The notes: a model not told the origin generated them from the letters alone. Shown: positions 1 to 13,205, counted from the stretch's first letter. The stretch: 64,000 bases of DNA from Octopus vulgaris (GCA_951406725.2 OX597829.1:23498001-23562000), one strand, 5' to 3'. Translations and numbers: made by a program.

Positions 1-948
1 TGAGTTCAATCCTCGGACCAGACTGTGTGTTGTGTCCTTGAGCAAGACATTTTATTTCGTGTTGCTTCAGTTCACTCTCTGTTAAAATTTTACTGACTCA
101 TTTCCTATTGTCTCATCTATCATTTACCCTTCTGTCCACTTTTTTATGCTACCTGTGAGTGGATTTGGTAGATGGAAACTGAAAGAAGTCCATCATGTAT
201 ATATATCTGTGTATGTGTCTTTGTGTCCATATTTGTCGCTCACCACTGCTTGACAACTGGTGTTGGCATGTTTATGTCACTGTAACTTTGTTGTCACTTT
301 GTCTTCCATCATCACCATCTATCACTTTACCTTTCTTCCATCATGATACCTGTGTAACAAGGAATGGCATCTGTTATGACCAATATTCAGCACCACTAAT
401 CATCATTCTCTTGTCCACTTCATGTATTCCCTACATTTACTACTCCCATTCTCATGCCCCTTTTTTTATCACTCTCCTTTATTACCATTCCATCATGTCA
501 TCCACATTGTTTTTGTATTCAACAACTTTACCAATAACCAACATGTAACTGCCTATCACTGTGTCTCTTCCATTACTCCCTCTCCTATTATCCTCTTGCT
601 TTCAGTACTGTTTTCACTTTTCATACTCCTATTTACTCTCTTCCTGCACCTGTTAGGTTATCACTTTTTTTTCTATTCACCACCTTAGTCACATTGGTAT
701 CACGGAGAAAATGAAGAGCAGAAAAGACTCTTTTGTTTTGCAGGGGACTGAAAAACCACACCAATGCTGGTGCCATGAATTTAAATTCATTTAATGAAAG
801 AACTTGAAAACAACATTGAAAATAAGAGGTGTCACTTGAGTCAAATGGTCCATTGGAATTTCATTGTAAGAAAAACAAAAATGGACGGGTAAGTGAGGGA
901 CATCACCATTTTCATGCCGGCTTTCAATAATTCATAAATTATTCTTAC

Positions 949-1019
949 CTCCCTTGAGTAATTACTGACATTATCGCTTCAGGAAATTCTAATTCACACA
1001 GTTTTGTCCAACTGGACAC
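949..1019 (-). CDS. GSTCD: GSTCD coding exon 3 (gene continues off the left edge)
   Basis: Acceptor TCTCCTTCTTCTAG|GTG, donor AG|GTAAGA; 71 nt encoding VSSWTKLCELEFPEAIMSVITQG+AG. Matches vertebrate GSTCD VSQWTRLCELTIP and is in frame with the previous exon. Confidence 0.9.
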
Positions 1020-1032
1020 CTAGAAGAAGGAG

Positions 1033-1063
<31 letters not shown>

Positions 1064-1641
1064 TAATAAAAAAGACAAAATCAACAACAAAAATGATGGT
1101 TTCAAATTTTGCCACAAGGGCAGCAATTTTTGGTGAGAAGAGGATGAGGTGATTACATCAACCCCAACATTCAACTGGTACTTATGTTATCAACCCTGAA
1201 AGGATGAAAGGCAAAGTCAACCAGAACATGCACGTACGCACAGCAAACATCAACAGACATAGCCTCGTGTTGATTGTGTCTCTGGCAGAAAGACTCCATC
1301 TTAATGAAGGTACATAAACCCTTCCTTTTTTTTTCTCTATTCAAATATTGGTGAAACTGGTTTCTCAACAAGATAATGTAATCCTAACACAGCCAATAAT
1401 ACTAACTATTATATTGTATATCAACAATAGCCACTAATACTAACTACTATATTGTACATTATATCATGTAGTCCTAGATACACTATGTCTGAATAAAAGA
1501 TGGAATGGTCACAACTGGGACATCTTGTAACTCTACTGGATTGTAACTCTACTGGCTCAGGGCTGACTTTGGGCTAAATTTACAGTATCTGACTCAGCAT
1601 TATAAATGTATATTATTGATCCATTTCTTTGTATTTTATAT

Positions 1642-1678
<37 letters not shown>

Positions 1679-1927
1679 CGTAAAGCAATGACCACAAAAA
1701 GACAATCCAGGAGAGACAAGTCTTAACAAATATTTATCATCATTATCATCATCATCATCATCATCGTTTAACATCTGCTTTCCATGCAAGCATGGGTTAT
1801 GTATATATGTATATACCCCTTTTTTATGTGTGTGTGTGTACATGTATGTATGTATGTATGTATGTATGTATGTATGTATGTGTATATATATATATGTGTG
1901 GGGGAAGGGGGGTATACACACTAACAT

Positions 1928-1964
<37 letters not shown>

Positions 1965-2064
1965 CTTTTAGAAGTGGTTGGCTGATTTATTTGTTAAAGC
2001 AATTGTTTTAAAAACTCGTAGCTCTTCTTACTGTAAAATAATTTAAGTGTGAATGAAGTTAAAT

Positions 2065-2842
2065 TCCCAACCACATGGTTCTTGGTTCAGTCCCACTGTG
2101 TGCTACCTTGGGCAAGTGTCTTCTACTATAACCTCAAGCTGACCAAAGTCTTGTGAGAGGATTTAGTAGACAGACACTAAAAGAATCCCATCACACACAC
2201 ACATACATATATATCTGTGTTTCCCCTGACCGCCACCATAACTGCTTAACAACTGGTGTTGGTTTGTTTACATCCTCGTAACTTAAAATATGTACCAGGT
2301 TTAAAAACAAAAGAACTGGAGGTCAATTTGTTCAACTGAAATTCTTCAAAGTGATGCTCCAGCATGGCCACAGTCAGATGACTGATACATGTAAAAGATA
2401 AAAGATTTTTCTTTTGCTTTTTGTTTTTTTTTTTTAAACATTTTCTACCTCTTCTTTAGATAATTGAAGTAGGACAAGCATAGATATGTATCTTGGCCAG
2501 GTGGTGCAGTACATAACGTACATAATACAATATATTAAAACCTGAACTTTTAAGTCCAGGTGATCAACAATCCTGTTGCTCATTTATGATAATCACAGTG
2601 TCTTGTTTGAACATGAATTAAATAAATATGTATTCACTTCACTAAAATACATCTTTTATCTAATTTGCCTGTTATCAGGCTGCTGCCATGACTGGGTAAC
2701 TGCCTTGAAAGGTCTTAGTCAGACGACTTGATCCCAAAAGTTATTTATTTTTATGAGTCTTGTACTTAACAAAGTGAAGCTGATTGCCTAGTGGTGGTGG
2801 AGGACAATCAGAAATAACAAAGATACACATACACATAGATAC

Positions 2843-2888
<46 letters not shown>

Positions 2889-2939
2889 CAACCCATGCTA
2901 GCATGGAAAGCGGACGTTAAACGATGATGATGATATACA

Positions 2940-2973
<34 letters not shown>

Positions 2974-2986
2974 CATATATATATAC

Positions 2987-3017
<31 letters not shown>

Positions 3018-3132
3018 CATATACACATATATATATACATATACATATATATACATATACATATATATACATATACATATATATACATATACATATATAT
3101 ACATATACATATATATATACATATACATATAC

Positions 3133-3185
<53 letters not shown>

Positions 3186-3355
3186 TATACACAAAGCACA
3201 AGCTTTTTTCAGTTTCCATCTATAAAATCCACTCACAAGAGTTTTGGTCACTTTGAAACAATAGTAGAAAGACACTTGCCGAAGATACCATGCCGTGGAA
3301 CTGAATTCAGAACTATATGGTTGGAAAGCAAACTTCTTACAACACAGCCATACCT
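2065..3355. mobile_element. Two SINE-A copies in inverted orientation (2065-2405 +, 2655-3355 -)
   Basis: Homology to 61059-61415; the second has an expanded internal (TA/CA)n containing an RTE tail. Confidence 0.8.
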
Positions 3356-3907
3356 ATTCCATTGTCACACACACACACATTTTGTTTCATCTATTAACCA
3401 TAGCCACTGTTGTCACACATCCAATGGAGCATACTACCCTCATTTCTTTCTAGCTTTTTACACATTCTTGCCCATGTCTTGCCACTATACAGCATTGCAC
3501 TTCATACACAAGTACCATCTAAGCTGACCCTCAATTTTGTTGCTGGCAGAGGTGCGTGTATGTGTGCATACAAAAAGGAAAGTCATCCAGCATTAAAAAA
3601 CCCCACAAAAATAATGAATGCACAAATAGAATTAACCTTTCCAGCAGAACAGAAATTCTTTTCTACTCTGGGTACAAGGCCCAAAATTTTAGGGGAGGAG
3701 GCTAGTTGATTAGATCAATGCCAGTACGCAACTGGTGCTTAATTTATCAACCCCAAAAGGATGAAAGGCAAAGTCGACTTCGGCGGAATTTGAACTCAGA
3801 ACATAAAGACAGACAAAATACCGTTAAGCATTTCGCCCAGCGTGCTAACGTTTCTGCCAGCTCACAGCCTAAGCAGAATAGAAATTCTGAATAAAAACTG
3901 ATAAGAG

Positions 3908-4090
3908 TACAAGTTTATACAGGTTATAAATGTACCCATTATAACATAAATTTATACAGGGTATAAATGTGCCCAGTATGACACCCAAGCTTATACAGGG
4001 TACAAATCTACCCAGAAAGACATACAAGTTTATATAGGATATGAATGTTACTGGTATGATGCACAAGTCTATATGGATGTTACAAATTTG
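3908..4090. repeat. ~38-bp minisatellite, about 4.5 diverged units
   Basis: Repeated ACAAGTTTATACAGGGTATAAATGTACCCAGTATGAC-like unit. Confidence 0.7.
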
Positions 4091-4783
4091 ATCAAAACAA
4101 CATTCATATATTGAAAGATTAAAAAACTTCCAGGTAAAAATTTAATTTAATTTGAAGCTTGGGCTAAGACTACGCACCTTCATTGGTCAGTTAAAGTTGA
4201 GACAGTGTCACGTGACAACTTGCTGGAGCCTAGCAGCAGGTATTCAAAGGGAAAAAAAATTTGACAAGGCAGTCAGTCACCCGCTGACACTCATTGACGC
4301 TACATTGAAGAGGTCATGGAACAGAAGAAAGAAGAAGAAAGGAGACATGCACCCAAAACCAGAGCTGAAGACACCTCCGAAAGGTGGGGGGGGGGGGGCT
4401 GCCACGTCAAAACGGTAGAGGAGTAGGCGCCAAAACCAGACATGGCTCCTCCTGATGATGTCTTGAGCTAACTAGATCCTATAAAGGAGCTGTTGTGGTA
4501 GCAGACCACGAAACACGGTTGTAATTCCTCAGTTATAATGATAAGAAAAAGCATGATATACAATGTAAAAAAAAAAAGATAGAAAACAGGAATAATAAAG
4601 GAAGAGAAAGAGGAAAAAGAAAGGAAGAGGTGGAAAGACAAGAAAAAGAGAGAGAATAAAGATTAGAGGAAGGGAAAATAAGAGATGTCTAGCAAATTTG
4701 TTAGTAAAAAGAGTAAGAAAATAGAGAATAACAACAGGAAATGTTTGCTTGGAAGTATATGAGACAAAGAGACAAACAGTCTG

Positions 4784-4784
<1 letters not shown>

Positions 4785-4819
<35 letters not shown>

Positions 4820-5310
4820 ATGAGTGTGCATATGTATGTATAGGTACGAATAGAGGAACTATTGATTCAACAAACCACAGCAGCATAGACAACCCATCTA
4901 CCAGAACAAAATCTCCAAATAAAGTGTGTGTGAGTGTATGTATGAATCTGTGTGTTTGTGCGTGTATCTGTGTGTGAGTGTGGATGTGTGTGAGTGTGTG
5001 TATGAGTCTATGTGTGAATGTGTGTGTGTATGTGTGTGAGTGTGTGCATGTACGTGTGTGTGTGTGCATGTGTGTATGTGCATGAGTGTATGTATGAATC
5101 TATGCGTGAGTGTGTATGTATGTGAGTATATGTATGAGTCTGTGTGAGTGTGTGTATCTTTGTGCTTGTGTGTGTATGTGTGAATGTGAGTGTATGTATG
5201 AGTCTATGTGTGAATGTGTGTGTGTATGTGTGTGAGTGTGTGCATATACGTGCGTGTGAGTGTGTGTATGTGTGGGTGCATATGTGTGTGTGTTAGTGCA
5301 CATACACATA
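4785..5310. repeat. (TG)n compound microsatellite
   Basis: Direct inspection. Confidence 0.95.
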
Positions 5311-5342
5311 TGTTTTCATTCATTGTGAATTACTATACTTAC

Positions 5343-5378
5343 TTCTGCGCAAGCTTTCAGACTTCCACCGCGAAAACC
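5343..5378 (-). CDS. GSTCD: GSTCD coding exon 2 (36-nt mini-exon)
   Basis: TACTGTTTTCAG|GGT...GAA|GTAAGT; encodes GFRGGSLKACAE, matching vertebrate GFKKTCLKACAE; phase 0 at both ends. Not in the ORF track. Confidence 0.9.
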
Positions 5379-5700
5379 CTGAAAACAGTAAAAGCAACAT
5401 TTGTTTAAATTAGATTATTTCAAAACCAAACCTAAAACAGTTTAAACAAAAATTAAATGTTTATAGATATCATAGTTGTTGAGAAAGCTACCAAAACCCT
5501 TAACCCTTTAGAACTCAGATTGCTCAATCAAATGTAATGCTTATTTATTCACATACTTTTTAATTAAGCATGGCTTTTCTCAAATCTTCAAGATTTCAAT
5601 GATGTGATTCTTTATTTTTAGAATGACATTTTAGGGTAGGTGTGCAATGCCAGGTCTGGCCAGTTTGCCATGAAACAAATACAATATTAGGGCAGGTTTG

Positions 5701-6040
5701 TGAAGGTGCATGGCTCAGTGGTTAGAGCGTCAAGCTTACGATTCTGAGGTTGTGAGTTCAATTCCCGGACCGGGCTGCGTGTTGTGTTCTTGAGCAAGAC
5801 ACTTTATCTCACGTTGCTCCAGTTAACTCAGCTGTAGAAATGAGTTGCGACATCACTGGTGCCAAGCTGTATCGGCCTTTGCCTTTCCCTTGGATAACAT
5901 TGATGGTGCGGAGAGGGGACACTGGTATGCATGGGTGACTGCTGGTCATCCATAAACCACCTTGCCCGAACTTGTACCTCAGGGGGTAACTCACTAGGTG
6001 CAATCCCATGGTCATTCATGACCGAAGGAGGTCTCCCCAT
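5701..6040 (+). mobile_element. tRNA-derived SINE family C (relatives at 1-80, 21360-21600, 36130-36375, 44485-44570)
   Basis: TGGCTCAGTGGTTAGAGCG...GAGTTCAATTCCC head followed by TTGTGTTCTTGAGCAAGACACTT. Confidence 0.8.
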
Positions 6041-6213
6041 ATTTGGGCTAGTTTAAATGCTAAAAGCCCAAGACAAAGGAGACAATAACACACAGACTCG
6101 TCAGTCCAAAGACCAGGAACCAATTCACATATCTGTTGTTCTAAGCATTCATGTCTCCTGTACGGCATCACATTAGGATTCTGGACATCCACACATGACC
6201 TTAGAGGTCCATA

Positions 6214-6622
6214 TACTCTTTACTCTTTTACTTGTTTCAGTCATTTGACTGTGGCCATGCTGGAGCACCGCCTTTAATCGAGCAACTCGACCCCGGCACT
6301 TATTCTTTTGTAAGCCCAGTACTTATTCTATCGGTCTCTTTTGCCGAACCGCTAAGTGACGGGGACGTAAACACACCAGCATCGGTTGTCAAGCAATGCT
6401 AGGGGGACAAACACAGACACACAAACAAACACACATACATATATATATATACATATATACGACAGGCTTCTTTCAGTTTCCGTCTACCAAATCCACTCAC
6501 AAGGCTTTGGTCGGCCCGAGGCTATAGCAGAAGACACTTGCCCAAGGTACCACGCAGTGGGACTGAACCCGGAACCATGTGGTTGGTTAGCAAGCTACTT
6601 ACCACACAGCCACTCCTGCGCC
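6214..6622 (-). mobile_element. SINE family A, full length (adjacent older copy 6715-7075)
   Basis: Near-identical reverse complement of 61059-61415. Confidence 0.9.
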
Positions 6623-7389
6623 TATAATTTTTTTTTTTGTTTTTTTTGTTAAAATTTATTTGCACTGAATTGCTTTCACTTCTTCAATAGACCAAATATC
6701 TTTTCTTTTTCACTCATTTTAGTCGTTAGACTGTGGCCATGCTGGGGCATCACCTTGAAGAGTTTATTCTTTTGTAAAGTCTGGTACTTATTGTATCAGT
6801 TTCTTTGCCGAGCCACCAAGTTATGAGGACGTAAACACATCAACACCAGCTGTCAAGTGGTGGTGGTGGAGGACAAACACAAATACACACACACACATAT
6901 ATAAATATATATATACGACAAGCTTCTTTCAGTTTCCATCTACCAAATCCACTCATGAAACTCTGGTCAGCCTGAGACTACAGCAGAAGACATTTGGCCA
7001 AGGTGCCATTCGGTGTGGCTTAATCTAGAACCATGTAGTTGGGAAGGAAGCTCTTTACCAAACAGCCATGTCTGCAACTTCACAGCCATGCCTTAACAAT
7101 TTTTTTTTTTTTTTATGCAATTCCTAATAATATTCAATTCTAAAAATATAATGGGATTTTTTTAAACATCAAATGGCTATGAGGGTCCATCTGAATAAAA
7201 CAGGAATCAAATGGATCCATGGGCAAAATATGGTTGAAAACCACTGCTTTACTGTATGGGTCAACTTGATTTATATATATAGGAGAGGATCTACTCTTTA
7301 AATAGGGAAAGGAGATGGATCAATTTATGGGAGGGTGATCCAAAGTTTATAGAGTGGACCAAGCGCTGGTGCCACATAAAAGCACTTTG

Positions 7390-7600
7390 TCCACTACTAC
7401 TGCTACTACTACTATCACTGCTGCTACTACTAGTACCACTACTACTACCACCATTACCACTACTACTGCTGCTGCTACCACTACTACCACTACTACTACT
7501 TCCACTACTACTATTACTACCACCACTACTACTACTGCTACTACTTAACAACAACAGCAGTAACAACAATAATAACAACAACAAAAACAACAAAAACCAC
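7390..7600. repeat. (CTA/CCA)n and (AAC)n trinucleotide tract
   Basis: Direct inspection. Confidence 0.95.
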
Positions 7601-7801
7601 TGCCACCACCAGACACCCAGCAGTTATATCTTTAGCCGTAGTGATCAGCTCAGGCCAGAGCTGACCTGGGGTTAAACAACAACATTACTGATAATGGTTT
7701 TTTCCCCAAAATTTAATTTTATGGAAAGATAAAAGATAAGAAAAACAATAACAATAGCAACCACAACAACAGCAACTATAACACAACAATAACCTACTTA
7801 C

Positions 7802-8164
7802 CAGCAAATCCTTGAAGTCTTCTTTCGGATACAGACTATGGGCCACCATTATAATCTGCCGGATGACATTACACAGTCCCGATCTGATGAGATTGCTGTT
7901 AGATGTGACCAGAACTGGTAAGGAGCAGACATTAACCAAAGAAGGGACTTCATTTTGTGTTATAAAATTAATGTTCAGAGAATGCAAGGCATGATGGGTG
8001 ATAGTTATCTGAAGTTCTTCGCATACTTCGTCGTCCACAAAGTTCAGAATGACCCCTTCTAAATGACAATAGTGAATGGCAAATATGACAGCACAGGAAT
8101 TTAAGGGTAGGGCAAAAGATTCTTTGTTTGCTTTCTGTCCAGAAAGATATATTTCAGTAGACAT
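7802..8164 (-). CDS. GSTCD: GSTCD coding exon 1 (glutathione S-transferase C-terminal domain-containing protein, N-terminus)
   Basis: PLNSCAVIFAIHYC...EVPSLVNVCSLPVLVTSNSNLIRSGLCNVIRQII...FKDLL resembles human PLHTSVTLFLLSYC...ELPPIVQNCCLPAVV...RAGLAVVLRHII...LLELL. Donor CTG|GTAAGT at 7801; acceptor TTCTATTTCAG| with exon start at 8219; in-frame TAA 9 nt before the ATG. Confidence 0.9.
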
Positions 8165-8704
8165 TGTGGATTACCATTGATATACATATGCGGAGACAAC
8201 AAAGAAACAAGAGTGAAATCTGAAATAGAAAAATAAAACAAAGCCATCATTACAATTTACTTCAGTTTTGCAATATCAGATTCAAATATTTACTTTCTTT
8301 AACCCTTTTGATAACAACCTCCACCTGAGACTACCCCTGGTTCTGTAATACAAACTTCCTGTTGCAAAGTAGATCTAAATTAAATCCTTCCACCAAAATT
8401 CCATGTTAATTTATGTTCCAAACGCCAACTTAAAAATTATAAAGATATTTTACTAAATCCTTCGTTATTTTCAAAATTAATTGAAATAATGATAGCATAT
8501 TTCAACAAGTCATATGACTTAGCTTCCAGGTCTTTACCTTGTGTCTGTTTTAACCCCTTTGATGCCAGCCCCACCTGCAACTGCCCTTGGTTCCATGATT
8601 CAAACATATTCCATCAAAATTCCATATTAATTTAGGTTTCAAACACCAGCTTAATAATTACAAAGATATTTTATTAAATTCTTCATTATTTTCAAAAGTG
8701 ATTG

Positions 8705-9900
8705 ACTTGAGAGATTGAAAGGTGTTATGGGGGTGTTGTTTGACCTCTCTCTCGACTATACCCCACACGTAATAGTGAGCCAGGAGTCCATACATCTGGA
8801 AGAACATAGTCATGACGACTGGCATGCAACCACACTTAGATTGTCTCAGCTTATGAGACGGCGCAGTCTTGTTAGAAGACACAGTGTTCCATTGCATAGT
8901 CTATCTAGGGCCTTGCAACTTTCTCCATCACCTCTGTGTAGGCAGCAGCATTGACTCTTAATCCTTTAGCCTTCAGATTACTGTTAAATGCGATGCTTAT
9001 TTATTCACAGTGTTTTGAATTCATCATCATTGTTTAACGTCTGCTTTCCATGCTAACATAAGTTGGACGATTTGATTGAGGTCTGGCGAACCAGATGGCT
9101 ACACCAGGCTCCAATCAGATCTGGCAGAGTTTCTACAGCTTGATGCCCTTTCTAACGCCAACCACTCCGAGAGTGTAGTGGGTGCTTTTACATGCCACCG
9201 GCACAAGGGCCAGTCAGGCACTACTGGAATTAATTATGCATAATCTTGTAGCTCCATGATTTCAATAATGTGACTGTTTACTTTAGGATGACATTGTAGA
9301 GTAGGTGTGTGAGAACCTGGATCTAATCAGTTTGAACATAAAACAAGTAGAATAGTCTGGGTGAACATGGCTAGTTTAAATGCTAAAGGGTTAAGTCCTG
9401 TGGAAAAAAAAAAGTGATGGGGAATGGCATCATCATTGCTGATGACTCACAAAACCATCATAGTTGCTGGGAACTTGATATGCATGACCTTATTCAGGTT
9501 GCTGCATAACCATGTCATTCTTTCAGTTTACCTTTTGACCCTAATCAAAGATTTTCTCATTGGAGTAAAACCAAAGCATTCCAGCCTCTTGGTGTTCTAA
9601 CTTGTTTAGCAAGTGATTTGCATGGATTTAATGATTCTTGTCACATTCGACAGATCCCTCCACATAACATACAACTTATACTGGATGTCCACATGTATAA
9701 CTCTTCTGTTGGTGCATTCTGAAACTGTGAATTCCTTTGCAGTGGCACTGATTGATTTTCCAGTGTTTTTATCAATTATTTCTTGGACTTTTTATACAAA
9801 GTTATGTGTTCTAATGGGATTAGGACCCTGTGCATGCATTTTGCATTTAGCTTCCACTTCCTTTTGAACTATGACAACAAAGAATTGACCAACTTTCAAA
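8705..9900 (-). mobile_element. Degraded maT-like transposase interrupted by a piggyBac-type MITE
   Basis: Remnants WFYSNEKIFD, MHIKFPATMMVL, PQDL|RVNAAAYTEVM (split at the TTAA) and YYVWGIVEREV. Confidence 0.75.
8962..9390. mobile_element. piggyBac-type MITE, second family, with nested RTE tail
   Basis: TTAA flanks, ...AATGCTAAAGGG-TTAA; other copies at 5504-6066 (split by a SINE) and ~11723-11830. Confidence 0.75.
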
Positions 9901-9938
9901 AAGCCAGCTATCTCTATATCAATAAGCAGCACTCTAAA

Positions 9939-10168
9939 GGCGGCGAGCTGGCAGAAACATTAGCACGCCAGGCGATATGTGTAGCCGTATTTCGTCTGTC
10001 AATACGTTCCAAGTTCAAATTCTGCCGAGGTTGACTTTGCCTTTCATCCTTTCGGGATCGATAAATTAAGTACCAGTTACGCACTGGGATCGATGTAATC
10101 GACTTAATCCCTTTGTCTGTCCTTGTTTGTCCCCTCTATGTTTAGCCCCTTGTGGGTAGTAAAGAAAT
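9939..10168 (+). mobile_element. tRNA-derived SINE family B with TSD
   Basis: GGCGGCGAGCTGGCAGAAAC head, GACTTTGCCTTTCATCCTTTCGGG.TCGATAAATTAAGTACCAG central block, flanking TAAGCAG(C/T)ACTCTAAA duplication; second copy 11271-11503. Confidence 0.85.
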
Positions 10169-10630
10169 ATATATTACTAAGCAGTACTCTAAAGGCAACT
10201 ACTACAGCAGGCCTTTTCAGTGGCTGAGTCAGCCTGATATCTGGTATTATTTACCTGGAAAGTAAGGTTAAAAATAAATAAGTTAGATGAAAGTTGGAGC
10301 TCTTTCCATGCTGAGTTAGTTTTTTAATTTGGAATTTCTGCCCTTCTAGACATGTAGGAGGGTCATGTCACTCAAAACATTCCCTTTTTATCATGGTTTC
10401 TATGACTGGATGTCCTTCCTAACATCAATAACTTGATTGGGTAGACTGGATTAATTATTTAGATGTAGCATCAACAGAACAAGTCTTGCTCTTGGAGACA
10501 TGGGGATCCTTTCAACTTTAGTTGTCCTCACTCCTTCATTAATCCTTTTAGAAATATTCTGGGTGCATTTTATTTGGCACCAACTCTGTTGACACTCCAT
10601 GAAGAGTCAAAAGAGTCAAAGCTACTTTAA

Positions 10631-10850
10631 CCCTTTCGTTACCAACCCGGCTAAAACCGCCTCTGGCTTTGTAGTACAAATGTCTTGTTTTCATAAGTTT
10701 TGAATTAAAATCTTCCACCAAACCTTACTTGCAATTTATGTTCCTAACATTAACTGAATGATAACTAAGTATTTTACTAAATTCTTTGTTATCTTTAAAG
10801 TAATTGAAAGAAACACAGAGCATCTCAAAATAAATACAGTAACGAAAGGG
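10631..10850. mobile_element. piggyBac-type MITE (220 bp)
   Basis: TTAA-CCCTTTCGTTAC...GTAACGAAAGGG-TTAA; diverged relatives at 8303-8520 and 8553-8705. Confidence 0.85.
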
Positions 10851-11839
10851 TTAAGGTGACCCTATTCATTCAAGGTAACATGACTGTCAAGGTGAGGAAG
10901 GGGGCGGTGAACAGAAGAAAAATTTGGGGTGGGGGAGAAGATTATGGAAAGAAATAATGAATAGAGTGAGGATACAGTAGTGGAGGGGGTAATGGTGGAG
11001 ATACAGTGCTTGAGTGAGGATGTGATGTAGGAAACAGGGTGGCGGTGCAGCAGATAAGGGAGATTGCAAGAAGAATGAAAAGGTGAGCAGTGGAAGTGTT
11101 AGTGACAGAGATGTCAGTGATACACAGAATCAAAAAGATAGACAGACAGACAAATGGATAAGTATGTAGATGAGAGGGCATCAAGGAGCTGAGTAATATA
11201 TGATAAGTGTAAGCGGGGGGGAAGCAAATGGTAGAATAGCAGGGATATATGACAATATATATACAGCTTCAGAGCAGCGAGCTGGCAGAATAGTTAGCAC
11301 ACCGAGTGAAATGCTTAGCAGTATTACATCTGCCATTCCAAGTTCAAATTCTGCCAAGGTCAACTTTGCCTCACATCCTTTTGGGGTCGATTAAATAAGT
11401 ACCAGTTACGCACTGGAGTCAATGTAATCAACTTAATCCCTTTGTCTATCCTTGTTTGTCCCCTCTGTGATTAACCCCCACTGTGGGCAATAAAGATATA
11501 AGTATATATACAGCTTCCAGTTTCCATTGCTTTTATCATTTTAGCATTTTGTACACAACATTTGTTTGTGTAGGTGGGTGATTCATTTCCAGTACTGCAT
11601 GTTGGCATTTGCTACAATCTTTTATCATCTTCTCTAAGAGGTTCACTATCCCAAGACCATTCTTCTTCACTTTGTCCCATGTCTTCTGAGGTTTCTCTCT
11701 CCCACAGGCTCCATCTTCTTAAACCCTTTAGCATTCAGATTATTCTATCAAATGTGATACTTTTTTCATCCATATTGTTTTTAATTAACCACATGTTACT
11801 TTGTAACTTCAAAATTTTGGTGATGATGATGATAATTAT

Positions 11840-12066
11840 CATATATACATATATATACATATACACATATCTATATATGCATATATACATACATATATAC
11901 ATACATATATACATATATACATACATATATACATATCTATATATGCATACATACATATCTATATATGCATATATACATACATATATACATACATATATAC
12001 ATACATATCTATATATGCATATATACATACATATATACATACATATATACATATATACATACATAT

Positions 12067-12155
<89 letters not shown>

Positions 12156-12170
12156 TATACAGATATATAT
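11840..12170. repeat. (TA)n/(TACA)n microsatellite (similar tracts at 2820-3185, 13065-13238, 13750-14080, 19757-19950, 24845-25190, 63810-64000)
   Basis: Direct inspection. Confidence 0.95.
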
Positions 12171-12289
12171 AACTGTCATCATCATCGTTTAACGTCCGTT
12201 TTCCATGCTAGCATGGGTTGATATATATATATATACACATACATACACACATATATATATACATATATATATACATACACATCATTATT

Positions 12290-13055
12290 ATCATCATCGT
12301 TTAACATCCACTTTCCATGATGGCATTGGTTGGACAATTTGACTGAGGACTGGCGACCTGGATGGCTGCACCAGGCTCCAATCTTGATCTGACAGAGTTT
12401 CTAGAGCTGGATGCCCTTCCTAACACCAACCACCCCGAGAGTGTGGTGGGTGCTTTTATGTGCCACCGGCATGAGGGCCAGTCAGGCAGCACTGGCAACA
12501 GCCATGCTCAAATGGTGTTTTTTACGTGCCACCTGCACAGGAGTCAGGTCTTCGCAAGCAGAGTTTAGTGTCCAATGAAAGAAAGGTATGCATAAATGGG
12601 ATAGTTACACCACTGGCATAGGCCATGGGTTATGGTCTCACTTGGCTTGTCAAGTTTTCCCATGCACAGCATATTTCCAAAAGTCTCAGTCACTATTCAT
12701 TGCCTCAGTGAGGTTTAATGTTTGAAGGTCGTGCTTCACCACCTCATCCCAGATCTTCCTGGGTCTACCTCTTCCACAGCTTCCCTCAACTGCTAGGGTG
12801 TGACACTTTTTCACACAGCTGTCCTCATCTACTCTCACCACATGACCATACCAGTGCAGTCATCTCTCTTGCACACCACATCTGTTGCTTCTTAGGTCCA
12901 ACTTTACTCTCAAGGCACTTACACTCTGTCATGTATACACATTGACATGACACATCCGGTGGAGCATGCTGGCTTCATTCCTTGCAAGCTTACACATGAC
13001 CTCAGCAATCACGGCCCATGTTTTACTGCCATGTAGCATGGCTGTTCGTACACAT
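12290..13055 (-). mobile_element. RTE LINE 3' fragment
   Basis: Colinear with 28368-29360. Confidence 0.85.
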
Positions 13056-13205
13056 GCATCATACTATATATATATATATACACATATATACACTATATAT
13101 ATATACACACATATATACACTATATATATATACACATATATACACTATATATATATACACATATATACACTATATATATATATATACACATATATAGAAA
13201 TATAT

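Noticed and set aside
2888-3275. YI/YM/HT/CV-rich ORFs here and at 4.7-5.3, 11.6-12.2, 19.7-20.0 and 24.8-25.3 kb
   Set aside because: Translations of dinucleotide/tetranucleotide microsatellites.
3908-4090. CRISPR-like periodicity (also the RTE 3'UTR repeats)
   Set aside because: Eukaryotic DNA; units are diverged tandem copies without unique spacers, and there are no cas genes.
4452-4525. CTGATGA...GAAAC hammerhead-like motif
   Set aside because: Stem I and stem III cannot be paired convincingly; at most a very decayed Penelope remnant.
5701-5775. tRNA-like sequences (also 21360, 36330, 61059)
   Set aside because: A/B-box heads of SINEs running directly into SINE bodies; no complete acceptor stem.
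7685-7801. C-terminal extension VSRLLLCYSCCC... of the 159-aa ORF
   Set aside because: Intron read-through beyond a canonical GTAAGT donor; GSTCD homology resumes in the 36-nt exon.
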